Shown here: positions 9,066 to 17,479 of the stretch, in pieces | Layout of the letters: the number at the start of each line of letters is the position of its first letter | Numbering within the stretch: position 1 is the first letter of the stretch | IMG/VR virus record: IMGVR_UViG_3300020048_000106 | Span: 1-64,000 of that record | DNA from: a virus | Lineage: Duplodnaviria; Caudoviricetes | Length of the DNA stretch: 64,000 nt | Direction: 5' to 3' (one strand) | Made by a program: the position numbers and the translations under genes | The notes under the pieces: model-generated | What the model was told of the DNA's origin: nothing | Databases searched by the model: none | Seen by the model: only the letters and a program-made list of their open reading frames with translations

Positions 9066-11017
9066 CCCTGCACTCCGTTTTTCTTGAGTCGTTGTTGCTC
9101 TGCTTCCCATTCGCGATGCGCCAATGTGTGTCTTGGGGGCACCAGCCCGCTCTGACCCTCGCCGCCGACGAATGCCGACTCCATCTGAGTCGGCATGGCT
9201 TTGATTGCGATCGCAGCCACACCGAGCCCGATGACGCGGTCACCGTGGGTTGCACCCTTGGCGTCGTCCGTCGCGTTGATGGTGAGGGCACTAAAAATCT
9301 TCTGGTCCTTGCGGATGTACTGGCCGAGCTCGCCCAGAAGGAACTTGGAGCGGACCGTGATCGCACCGGTGGTGATGGCGACTCGCAGGGTCTCGAATAA
9401 CACTTCCCGCGTGTCGGTCGAGTTCCACCACCCCATCTTTTGCCCGCGATCTCGCTTCCGTGTGCTCTGGCTGGTGCGGTAGTAGACGTTGGAGTATTCG
9501 CGGTCGATGACCTGCTTCGTGAACGCTGTCCCGGGCCCGTTGTGCTCCCACGCGAGGAATGCCCCGTGCAGCCATTTGGCAACCGCGATGGCCAGATCGG
9601 CGAAGTCTGCCGGCGCGATGGTGTTGCTGGCGAACTCGAGCACTTGCTCGCCAGTCTGCGTGTCGATCCCCTCCATCGTGGAGTTGGACGTGAAGGATCC
9701 GCCCATCCCCGAGCAAACGTCGCACGCCAGAACGAACGAGCTCCTGGGCGGTATTCTGGCGGCGTCGAGCGGCATCCAGATGTGGAACGGGCCGTTCTCG
9801 ATCAGATCGAATACCGGATCGGTGACCCGTTCCTTGTCGAACGTGAGGTTCCCGCGGACTGCTGCTGCCGTTACGGTCTTCTCCACCTTGGCGAGGCAGT
9901 CCGACCCGAAGATTCGGAACGATGACCCGCCGTAGTCGATGTCCAGCTCTTGGGCGATGTTCTGTGGGGTTGCCGCCGGTCGGTCGCACTCGCGGTCGTA
10001 CCATGGACTGCGGAGTACGCCTTCGAGTTTGTAGCCCTTTGTCCGCAGGCGGTCCATCATCTCGAGGATGGGCGTGTCCATCTTCTGATAGGACTCTGGG
10101 AGCGGGTTGTTGATCGGGTCTTCGGCGACGGGGCGCCCGTTGACCATTCGGTACAGCCCGCGGTTCCTGGTCGGGTTCTGTGACCAATGCAGCCGCAGCT
10201 TCACCATGTTCGATGGTTCGTGCATCAGCTCGTAATACGCCCCGTCCGCACCCTTGGGGGTTGAGACGATCAGGCGGCATTTCGTGATCTGCTGGGTCGA
10301 GGCCATCGCGTCCTTATCGGGACCGCGAGGGAACTTTGCCAGTTCGTCCATGCCGAACCACTTCTTGCGGCCCCCGGACGCGACGTTGGCGGTGGCAGCG
10401 TAGCCTGTGATCGACGATCCGTTGCGGCGGTTGGTCAAGCTGTGGCGGGCCCGGTCCCGCTTGTAGTCAACGCCTTTTTCGCCGGCCATCCATGTCGGCA
10501 GTTTCGTGAGCTGCCAATCGATCTTCCAAAACAGGCTGTCCGGGTCGTCCGGGTTGTCGACCGCATTTTCGTCTTTCGAAACCAACCCGACCGTAGCCAT
10601 GTCGTTAAACAGCCAGTCCCAGACGGCGAACAGGACGATCGTCCAGCTTGCACCTTCTCCACGGGACTTCTCGAGACCGGTGTCGTCATGCCCCAAGTGG
10701 GCGTGAATCTGCTGCATGATCGGAACTTGGTGCTCCCACGCGATGAACGGCAGGATGTTCGGCAGTTCGACCCCATTGACCACCATCGGCCGCGGTTCGA
10801 ATACCCAGCAGAACGCATTGAAGAAAAATAGCGGGTCGGCTTTGCAGGCCCGGATGATCTTCTTTCGCTTGGCGTGATCGCTCAGACACGCCATCCGCAG
10901 TTTCTTGCGGTAAAGCAGGTTCTCCTTTCGGTCTGTCGGCACGCTGGCGGCGAGCGCCCCGAACCCCTTGGCGATTAGGTCTTCAAACGTCGGGGGAGGG
11001 GGCGGCTTCTTCGCCAT
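9023..11017 (-). CDS. terL: terminase large subunit
   Basis: 664 aa; EKSRGEGASW Walker A, MDELAK Walker B, IVSTPKG, nuclease ACDV, WEHNGPG and HGDRV. Confidence 0.9.
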   Translation of the reverse strand: MAKKPPPPPTFEDLIAKGFGALAASVPTDRKENLLYRKKLRMACLSDHAKRKKIIRACKADPLFFFNAFCWVFEPRPMVVNGVELPNILPFIAWEHQVPIMQQIHAHLGHDDTGLEKSRGEGASWTIVLFAVWDWLFNDMATVGLVSKDENAVDNPDDPDSLFWKIDWQLTKLPTWMAGEKGVDYKRDRARHSLTNRRNGSSITGYAATANVASGGRKKWFGMDELAKFPRGPDKDAMASTQQITKCRLIVSTPKGADGAYYELMHEPSNMVKLRLHWSQNPTRNRGLYRMVNGRPVAEDPINNPLPESYQKMDTPILEMMDRLRTKGYKLEGVLRSPWYDRECDRPAATPQNIAQELDIDYGGSSFRIFGSDCLAKVEKTVTAAAVRGNLTFDKERVTDPVFDLIENGPFHIWMPLDAARIPPRSSFVLACDVCSGMGGSFTSNSTMEGIDTQTGEQVLEFASNTIAPADFADLAIAVAKWLHGAFLAWEHNGPGTAFTKQVIDREYSNVYYRTSQSTRKRDRGQKMGWWNSTDTREVLFETLRVAITTGAITVRSKFLLGELGQYIRKDQKIFSALTINATDDAKGATHGDRVIGLGVAAIAIKAMPTQMESAFVGGEGQSGLVPPRHTLAHREWEAEQQRLKKNGVQGWDERTLGSHVRSF

Positions 11018-11748
11018 CAGTGTCCTAGCATGGCGTCGAGTTCAGACGTGTCGTCGTCCAGATCTTCGGACTCTTCGTCCGGTTCATCCTTGCGGCCTGG
11101 CTTACGCGGCGACTGCTTTCGCTGCTCCATCAGCATTTTGCCGAAGAAATCATTGGGCTGGTTGCACCAATGCTGCAGCATGTGGACGGCCGCCTGCGAC
11201 GGCGCTTGCCCGTGAGGCGGGGTGAGGATGTCCTTTTCCTTGACCATGACTTTTCGAGGCTTGCCCTTCAGTGTTGTCCGGTTGAGCATTGACATGGCCG
11301 GGTGGGCTCGAACCCAATCTAGTTCGACTTCCGCGCTGGCGTTCGGCGGCAGCTTCTGTAGCGCAGCCCAGAATGCCATGTCCGCTGTTCTGCGACGAAC
11401 TACCGCCATCTCTTTTGCTGAGACGAGCTTTTGTGACAGGTAGGCTTCTTTGGCGATGTGGTTGATGTAAAGCTGCCGCTCATGGGCCAGCGATTTGCGG
11501 CCCATCTTTTCGGCTGCCTGAGCGTGGGCGGCGACGGGAAACACACCGGACTCGACCAACTTGCTGACAAGCTGAAGGTGTTCTTCCCGCCGGTTTTCAC
11601 GGATCAGCCGCAGTTCGAAAAGCTCCCGGAGCGTCAGTCGCTCGGCTTGGGCTTTCAGCTCCGGGTCATTAATCCCATGGAATGGCTTGACCTTCTCCGT
11701 CGCTGTCGTTTCCGTCGCTGATTTCGGCTTCTTGCTCTCGCTCATCAT
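11017..11748 (-). CDS. candidate terminase small subunit
   Basis: 243 aa helical protein coupled directly upstream of terL; positional call only. Confidence 0.5.
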   Translation of the reverse strand: MMSESKKPKSATETTATEKVKPFHGINDPELKAQAERLTLRELFELRLIRENRREEHLQLVSKLVESGVFPVAAHAQAAEKMGRKSLAHERQLYINHIAKEAYLSQKLVSAKEMAVVRRRTADMAFWAALQKLPPNASAEVELDWVRAHPAMSMLNRTTLKGKPRKVMVKEKDILTPPHGQAPSQAAVHMLQHWCNQPNDFFGKMLMEQRKQSPRKPGRKDEPDEESEDLDDDTSELDAMLGH

Positions 11749-12094
11749 CGTTCTCGTCGTCGTACAGCATCCCGTCCTTACGTCCTAACGCCGCCTTGGC
11801 AGCGGCCATCAGCTTTGCCAGCAACATCAGTCGGTCGGTCTCAAGCCCGATCTCTTCGTCGGTCATGTTTGGCAGGTCAAGCGACACTTCCGCGATTTCT
11901 TCGGCGACACCGCGTCGCAGTTGGTAAATCGCCTGCTCGGCCCGCAACTCCGACGCCAAGTGTTCCTGCAACAGGTCGCTTGCTACGTCCACGCACGGCG
12001 CACCGGGGCGGTCGTGCCAGTCGTTGATTACCTGGGCCGCGAGCGACACCGCTTCGGGCGTCGTCGATTCCAAAAAAAAATCTTCGGGGTTCAT
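11669..12094 (-). CDS. hypothetical protein
   Basis: ORF 11669..12244, likely start ATG 12094 (MNPEDFF); acidic and helical; 3' end overlaps the next gene by 80 nt. Confidence 0.5.
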   Translation of the reverse strand: MNPEDFFLESTTPEAVSLAAQVINDWHDRPGAPCVDVASDLLQEHLASELRAEQAIYQLRRGVAEEIAEVSLDLPNMTDEEIGLETDRLMLLAKLMAAAKAALGRKDGMLYDDENDDEREQEAEISDGNDSDGEGQAIPWD

Positions 12095-12121
12095 TGACAA
12101 CTCGCCTTGCCTTGGTAAAGT
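12094..12121 (+). promoter_or_regulatory. sigma70-like promoter
   Basis: TTGACA-N16-TAAAGT at the divergence point between the packaging operon and plus-strand genes. Confidence 0.55.
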
Positions 12122-12186
12122 TCGGTTGCAGTGTTGACCGCGTGTCGACTCTGAGTGTAACCCCCGACGGCACCCCCGGCAATGAC

Positions 12187-12594
12187 ATGGAATCACAATC
12201 TGACGCCCAATGGTGCCTGAAAGCGGTTGAGACGGCGGAAACATTCGAAAGGCTGCTCGGATTGGCTGCGGTATTCATCCTCGACGGCGAAGCGGATTAC
12301 AAGAGTGACACTGTGTTCACGCAGGTCCGCAAGGCGTACGGCGACAAGCTGAAGGCTTTCGGTTTCCACACAGACGACGTCCGCGCTGCCGCTTCACGCG
12401 ATCCGATCCGCGGACTCGACGATTACATCACCAAAGGCTGGTCCGATGTCGGTCCAGACGGCCTGATTGCCGAACTCGACATCCCCGAGCCCACAACGAC
12501 CACCCGCCCCGACGTGCCCCCGATCCCCCCACGGGCAATCGTCTCGACTGTGAAAGCCAGTCGCGGGGCTTCCAACTTACTTTTTGAGCGGTGA
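12187..12594 (+). CDS. hypothetical protein
   Basis: ORF 12094..12594; ATG 12187 (MESQSD) lies downstream of the promoter. Confidence 0.6.
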   Translation: MESQSDAQWCLKAVETAETFERLLGLAAVFILDGEADYKSDTVFTQVRKAYGDKLKAFGFHTDDVRAAASRDPIRGLDDYITKGWSDVGPDGLIAELDIPEPTTTTRPDVPPIPPRAIVSTVKASRGASNLLFER

Positions 12595-13003
12595 CACGGT
12601 GCCTCAGCAACGATTCCGACGGGCCAAGACCGTGACGCGATCACGGCACACTCCCGGCAAGATGAACACACTCGAGACCGCCTACGTCAACGAGCGGCTG
12701 ACTCCCATGCTTGCTAGCGGGTTGATTCTCGGCTGGTCATTCGAGCCGATCACTTTGAAGCTGGCTGAGCGGGTCAGGTATACGCCAGATTTTTTGTTAC
12801 AGATGCCGGACGGGACCGTTGAGCTTCACGAAACCAAGGCTTGCCGCAAGGGCGGTGCCTACCTGATGGAAGACGACGCCTGGGTGAAGCTCAAGATCGC
12901 CGATTCGATCTTCGCCTGGATGTACCGCTTTGCCCGTGCCGGCCGACTCGCGAAGTCTGACGGTGGCGGATGGCGAATTGATTATCTCCAACCCAAAGGA
13001 TGA
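12584..13003 (+). CDS. DUF1064-like PD-(D/E)XK nuclease
   Basis: MNTLETAY, YTPDFLL and ELHETK motifs; start uncertain. Confidence 0.7.
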   Translation: MSGDTVPQQRFRRAKTVTRSRHTPGKMNTLETAYVNERLTPMLASGLILGWSFEPITLKLAERVRYTPDFLLQMPDGTVELHETKACRKGGAYLMEDDAWVKLKIADSIFAWMYRFARAGRLAKSDGGGWRIDYLQPKG

Positions 13004-13009
13004 CGCAGC

Positions 13010-13243
13010 GTGACTGCGCAGGGATTCAAACTGACTCGACACCAGCGGGAAATCATGGACTTCCTGCGTTCCGGCGGCAGACTGAGGGTCGCGATTGGCG
13101 GCTGGTACTACAAGAACCGGCTGGTCCGACTCGCCACCGAGGATGTGTTGCGACGGACTGGTGAAATTGTTTTCATCACCATTCCTGGGAAGCGAATGAA
13201 CAGGGAATACGCCGTGCATTGTAGCCGCCACTTAATCACCTAA
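13010..13243 (+). CDS. hypothetical protein, possible winged helix
   Basis: 77 aa; LTRHQREIMDFL. Confidence 0.5.
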   Translation: MTAQGFKLTRHQREIMDFLRSGGRLRVAIGGWYYKNRLVRLATEDVLRRTGEIVFITIPGKRMNREYAVHCSRHLIT

Positions 13244-13271
13244 GCCCAAGCCTCCAACCCGAAAGATAGCC

Positions 13272-13700
13272 ATGCCGGTCTTTGACTACCTGATGCGATG
13301 GTTCTTGACCCCGAAACCGATTCCGATGCCCAAGCCCGCCCCGGAGCCTAGCCCGTTCTCGGACGTGGCTGTCGAGCTGCTTCGATTGCACAACGATGCC
13401 CGTGGCGGCAATGGCGAAGTCCTGCGGCTCGACCCGGCTCTGGTCTTGTTCGCCGAGAACTGGGCTACGCGGATGTCCAAGGCCGGGATGACACACTCCC
13501 GCCTGAACTTCCCCGGCAGCCGCAAGGCGGAGAACATCACCGCCGGCCAAGAAACGGCTGGCTCTGCGATGTCCACGTGGATGAACTCCCGTGGCCACCG
13601 CAAGAACCTGATGAACCCAGCGTACACCATTGCCGGGTTCGGCATGGCCAAGAGTGCTCGCGGCGTGCCGTACTGGTGCGCCGTGTTTTCGAAGCCGTAA
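13272..13700 (+). CDS. CAP (SCP/Tpx-1/Ag5) domain protein
   Basis: LHNDAR, L..DPAL, AENI..G, WMNSRGHRKNL, YWCAVF. Confidence 0.85.
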   Translation: MPVFDYLMRWFLTPKPIPMPKPAPEPSPFSDVAVELLRLHNDARGGNGEVLRLDPALVLFAENWATRMSKAGMTHSRLNFPGSRKAENITAGQETAGSAMSTWMNSRGHRKNLMNPAYTIAGFGMAKSARGVPYWCAVFSKP

Positions 13701-13757
13701 GGCCGGTCCGGTGAAAAGCCGGTTTTGTTTCTTTCTCAATCGCTACAGGATTTTGTA

Positions 13758-14390
13758 ATGCCAGTTTATCACGAAACCGCTAACGTGGATGTCGAAACGC
13801 CGAATCGCATCGCTTCAACCCCGAGCGTTATGTCGGTGTTTGAGGCGTTGTGTCAGCCGCCGGGCGCGCCCGATGGCGACATCTCCAAGCTCGTGCCGCG
13901 GATCGTCATCTGCCTCGGAAACAACCCGGCCGAGGTCATTGCCGCTGCCGGGGGTGGATCGCTGGTCCTCAACCATCCCCATTCCAGCATCCAGCACGTC
14001 GGCTTGACGTTTGCCAACGCCTGCCGGCTCGTTCCCGTTTTGCTCAAGGCGATCAGCGAAACTCTGGAGCGGCATGGCAAGTGGATGACCAAGAAGGATC
14101 TCGACGGTATGAAGGAGTTCACGGTCCACCAAGTCACCACCTGCACGGCGGACAATGGGTCGAGCGTTGTCTACTTCGACGGCGAGATGCTGCTCGTGCC
14201 GGTCGGTATGACCGTGCTCGACGCGATTACCTCGAAGGCAGGGGACAACGCCGTTTTCATGGACGACCACATGACCGAGTGCGACATGACACCGGACGAC
14301 TGGCCAAAGAATCTCAATGACGTTCCGGGTTACTGCTGCGAAAGCTGCGAGGGCGGCTGCGGCGAACCGAGCGACGACGACTTGCGATAG
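13758..14390 (+). CDS. hypothetical protein
   Basis: ORF 13725..14390, ATG 13758 after AGGA; C-terminal CCESCEGGC. Confidence 0.6.
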   Translation: MPVYHETANVDVETPNRIASTPSVMSVFEALCQPPGAPDGDISKLVPRIVICLGNNPAEVIAAAGGGSLVLNHPHSSIQHVGLTFANACRLVPVLLKAISETLERHGKWMTKKDLDGMKEFTVHQVTTCTADNGSSVVYFDGEMLLVPVGMTVLDAITSKAGDNAVFMDDHMTECDMTPDDWPKNLNDVPGYCCESCEGGCGEPSDDDLR

Positions 14391-14463
14391 CACGCGAGGT
14401 TTTTTATGCCGGCATGGCCTTTCACCATGCCGGCCCCTGTCCACCACCAACCGCCTGTGAGCC

Positions 14464-14691
14464 ATGAAAGTTATTTCAGCGCGATTCGAGTTTAAGGTTG
14501 AGGACTCATGGATTGGCGTGTTCTGGAAACACACCGAAGCCACCGTCGATAGCGGGAAGTTCCCGTTGTTTACGGACATCTGGGTCTGCTTCGTCCCCTG
14601 GTTCCCGCTGCACATCATGATCCAACGCCGCTGGCCGTCGCACGCGTTGATCTTTCGCACGAACGAGACATCACCCACCAACCAACCCTGA
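14464..14691 (+). CDS. small phage protein
   Basis: 75 aa; EDSWIGVFWK..IWVCFVPWFPL. Confidence 0.55.
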   Translation: MKVISARFEFKVEDSWIGVFWKHTEATVDSGKFPLFTDIWVCFVPWFPLHIMIQRRWPSHALIFRTNETSPTNQP

Positions 14692-14694
14692 GCC

Positions 14695-15117
14695 ATGCCA
14701 AGTTTCAATAAAGTCATCATCGTCGGCAACCTGACCCGCGACATCGAGCTGCGACACACCCCTGCCGGGACTGCCGTTGGCGATCTCGGACTCGCGATCA
14801 ACGAGCGGGTCAAGAAGGGAGACGAATGGTTCGACGAGGTAACCTACGTCGATGTAACGCTTTGGGGTCGGACTGCCGAGATCGCCAACGAGTACCTGAA
14901 GAAGGGCTCGCCGGTCCTGATCGAGGGCCGGTTGAAGTATGAGACTTGGGAAGCCGACGGGCAGAAGCGGAGCAAGCTCAAGGTCGTTGGTGAGAAGATG
15001 CAACTGCTCGGCAGCAAGTCCGACGGCGGTGGCGGGGCGCCGCGTTTCGAGTCGCACCCAACGACGCTCGGATCGTTGACGGAAACCCGATACGCCGATG
15101 ATGGCATTCCGTTCTAG
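14695..15117 (+). CDS. ssb: single-stranded DNA-binding protein
   Basis: FNKVIIVGNLTRDIELR, KGSPVLIEGRLK, C-terminal DDGIPF. Confidence 0.95.
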   Translation: MPSFNKVIIVGNLTRDIELRHTPAGTAVGDLGLAINERVKKGDEWFDEVTYVDVTLWGRTAEIANEYLKKGSPVLIEGRLKYETWEADGQKRSKLKVVGEKMQLLGSKSDGGGGAPRFESHPTTLGSLTETRYADDGIPF

Positions 15118-15159
15118 GCTCACCAACTACCGACCTGCGCCGACACTGAGGAATCTCTC

Positions 15160-15483
15160 ATGATTGTTGAATCTGAAATCAATCGGAAGTTTCGCGAGCG
15201 TAAAGACCAGGCGATGACGGTCTCGTACCACAAGTATGGCCCGATCCGCGACGCCTACCCACATAAGGTCGACGCGATCGCCAGCCTCAAGAAGCGGCTT
15301 CGGTTGTATGAGGAAACCGGTAATGCAGACTATCTGGTCGACATTTCCAATTTCGCCGAGATCGAGTTTACCTTGCCAGCTCACCCTGACTTCCATGACC
15401 GACCGACTGACGGTGGCGAGGGGAGGTCTTGGCACGCCGGCGGCCCGTCGACCGAACGACGCAACGACGGTGGGCGGCGGTAG
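15160..15483 (+). CDS. conserved phage protein
   Basis: 107 aa; YEETGNADYLVDISNFAEIEF resembles all-alpha NTP-pyrophosphatase-like phage proteins; GAGGA SD. Confidence 0.55.
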   Translation: MIVESEINRKFRERKDQAMTVSYHKYGPIRDAYPHKVDAIASLKKRLRLYEETGNADYLVDISNFAEIEFTLPAHPDFHDRPTDGGEGRSWHAGGPSTERRNDGGRR

Positions 15484-15516
15484 AGTCCCCACCGCGTTCT
15501 GATTTTTCACCTGACC

Positions 15517-15545
15517 ATTGACACCGCGTCGCCTTTTGTAATGAT
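15517..15545 (+). promoter_or_regulatory. promoter with TTGACAC motif for the tRNA region
   Basis: ATTGACACCGCGTC; TTGACA-N16-AATGAT. Confidence 0.55.
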
Positions 15546-15593
15546 TGGCGAACCTAAGACCTTCACCACAACCCTACTCAACAGGAACCGACC

Positions 15594-15977
15594 ATGACCT
15601 TCCCCGAAGCCGCCGCCGCACCCGTCCGCGGCGAGCAAGATCCGCGAATCTCTCGCAATGGACCCGGCATCCTCAATCAGATGGCGTCAATGCACGAAAT
15701 GACTCGCGGTGAGCAAGATCCGGATCAGAAGGCCCGCGAAAAGCGATGGCATGATGAGCAGGTCGAAGCGATGGCCCGGGTGGAGGCTAAGGCAGACAGG
15801 AAAATCGCCTTGGACCGCGAAGCCAAAGTCGCTGAACTGGCAAAGGATCTGCTGCTGAAGCTGGCTGCCGCTGATGTGACCACCCCGGTTGAGCACCTTT
15901 CCGGCCAGGCGTTCGCGATGGCAGATCATTTTTATGCCGAACGTGATCGGAGGGCCGCCGCGATCAAGAGCGAATAG
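15594..15977 (+). CDS. hypothetical coiled-coil protein
   Basis: 127 aa; AGGA SD. Confidence 0.6.
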   Translation: MTFPEAAAAPVRGEQDPRISRNGPGILNQMASMHEMTRGEQDPDQKAREKRWHDEQVEAMARVEAKADRKIALDREAKVAELAKDLLLKLAAADVTTPVEHLSGQAFAMADHFYAERDRRAAAIKSE

Positions 15978-16073
15978 CTGCCATTGCCAAGGGCAGCAAC
16001 CTGGGACCATTGGGCGTAACGGCCCTTCATTGGCTTTGGTCCCTCTCGTTCGGTGGGTGAAGCCGAACAAAAC

Positions 16074-16186
16074 GAATCGGCAAGCTCGATTGAGCCTAGA
16101 AACGGCAGACAGAGAATAAGGCACAGGCTTTAGCAGTCGTTCAGGCGCGGGTGTCGTCCGTGCGGGTTTAACTCCCGACCGATTCG
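16074..16186 (+). ncRNA. tRNA-like RNA A with expanded anticodon domain
   Basis: GAATCGG/CCGATTC acceptor-like stem, GCTC-GATT-GAGC D-like arm, GCGGG-TTTAACT-CCCGA T-like arm, variable arm; no canonical anticodon loop. Confidence 0.45.
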
Positions 16187-16195
16187 ATGATAGGA

Positions 16196-16315
16196 CAGGC
16201 GGCGGCCCTGTGGGAAAGGGCTCACGAACAGACCTGCCCGTGCCCGTGCGAACCGGGCTGAAATCACAAGTGACGTGAAGGCAGGTTCAAGCCGGTTCAA
16301 ATCCGGCCCGCTTGA
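16196..16315 (+). ncRNA. tRNA-like RNA B with expanded anticodon domain
   Basis: CAGGCGG/CCGCTTG acceptor plus A73, GCCC-TGTGGGAAA-GGGC D arm, GCCGG-TTCAAAT-CCGGC T arm; about 70 nt structured insert in place of the anticodon and variable arms. Confidence 0.6.
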
Positions 16316-16320
16316 ATGAT

Positions 16321-16393
16321 GCCGCAGTAGCTCAATTGGCAGAGCCGCTGTTTTGTAAATAGCAGGTTGCCGGTTCGATCCCGGCCTGCGGCT
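16321..16393 (+). tRNA. tRNA-Thr(UGU)
   Basis: Full cloverleaf: GCCGCAG/CTGCGGC, GCTC/GAGC, GCTGT-TT TGT AA-ATAGC, GCCGG-TTCGATC-CCGGC; CCA not encoded. Confidence 0.95.
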
Positions 16394-16424
16394 TGTAAGT
16401 TTTTGAACCACAAGGGAATCGACC

Positions 16425-16733
16425 ATGACAAGCATTGCTCGCGACATCTACAACCACTTGGCGAACCAACGGACCGAGCGGCTGAACCGCCAGGCACGGA
16501 TCGTTGGCGACGGCGCGGATGGCGCCTGGGAAGACTATGGCGACGTCTCGCTTAACGAAGCGGCGATTGCTGAGGCCATCGCGTGGTTCAGTTGTGGCGC
16601 GAAGGTTGGTGTTACCGACTTTCGTCCTGTCCAGGTCGAGGTCCGCGACGAAGCCAATCCCGACATCACCTGGAAGCTCACCGTCGAGCGTGAAGTCAGC
16701 TACCGCGTCCGTGGCTTACGGGGCGGGGAATGA
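16425..16733 (+). CDS. hypothetical protein
   Basis: 102 aa; AAGGGA SD. Confidence 0.6.
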   Translation: MTSIARDIYNHLANQRTERLNRQARIVGDGADGAWEDYGDVSLNEAAIAEAIAWFSCGAKVGVTDFRPVQVEVRDEANPDITWKLTVEREVSYRVRGLRGGE

Positions 16734-16811
16734 TCCTCAACATGCTTTGCCTTGCCGCTGGGTTCGTCCTCGGCACGGCTTTTGGCTTTCTGACTTGCTG
16801 GTTCCTTCTCG

Positions 16812-17237
16812 ATGACTGGTACTGATGTGACCGATAGCACACCCGACGGCCCGACGCTTCGAAAGCTGATTCGGGGCCTTAGCCAGCGTGACGGTGCCGC
16901 GCGGCCTGACTTGGTTGTCATGACGACGGAAGCCTGCGAACGGCTGCTTGATGCCAGGATTCTCGATCCGCCCGGTCGAGGTTTTCCAATGCCACCCGCC
17001 GGGCCAGGTTCTCGTGTTAATGTCTTCGGGATTCCGGTCGAGCACTATCCGACCATGCGTGAGTGCATGGATCGGTTGGTTGACCGTGGCGGCCCTCGGA
17101 TACGATTTGGCGCATTGATCCTCGACGGACCGGTCCCAGACGAATTGCAGGACCATCCGTTCATGTTGTCCCAGCGTTCGCCGATCGTTGGCTGGCTGGA
17201 AGGGAAGTTCGGATTTCGTGGAGGCGACCCAGCATGA
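16812..17237 (+). CDS. hypothetical protein
   Basis: 141 aa, overlapping the next gene by 4 nt. Confidence 0.5.
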   Translation: MTGTDVTDSTPDGPTLRKLIRGLSQRDGAARPDLVVMTTEACERLLDARILDPPGRGFPMPPAGPGSRVNVFGIPVEHYPTMRECMDRLVDRGGPRIRFGALILDGPVPDELQDHPFMLSQRSPIVGWLEGKFGFRGGDPA

Positions 17238-17479
17238 GCAACTTCACTTGCCCGATCTGCGGCAAAGACATCATCGACTCGCCGCGCGGGTACATCACCG
17301 GCTGCGAGCATTACCCGATCGACCACGGACCGCAGAAGCAACCCAGCTCGGTTCGCAAGATCATGGCGGAAACGGCTGCCGTCCGCCGCGATCTGTGGCC
17401 GCTCGTTGAACAAATCATTGCCGACGGACGTGTTGATCCGCCGACGAACACCAACCCCCTCAAGAGGACTGCGAAGTGA
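17234..17479 (+). CDS. small Zn-ribbon protein
   Basis: CPICG..GCEH. Confidence 0.55.
   Translation: MSNFTCPICGKDIIDSPRGYITGCEHYPIDHGPQKQPSSVRKIMAETAAVRRDLWPLVEQIIADGRVDPPTNTNPLKRTAK

Noticed and set aside
12072-12080. A9 homopolymer as a phase-variation tract
   Set aside because: Reads in frame as Phe-Phe-Leu on the minus strand; no sign of a broken frame.
14408-14434. GCCGGCATGG-N7-CCATGCCGGC hairpin as a terminator
   Set aside because: The T-run precedes it on plus and an A-run follows it on minus; not a canonical intrinsic terminator.
16074-16315. Reading the tRNA-like elements as intron-containing tRNAs or as tmRNA
   Set aside because: No YU-anticodon-R loop can be rebuilt by removing an insert at 37/38; far too short for tmRNA and no tag ORF.
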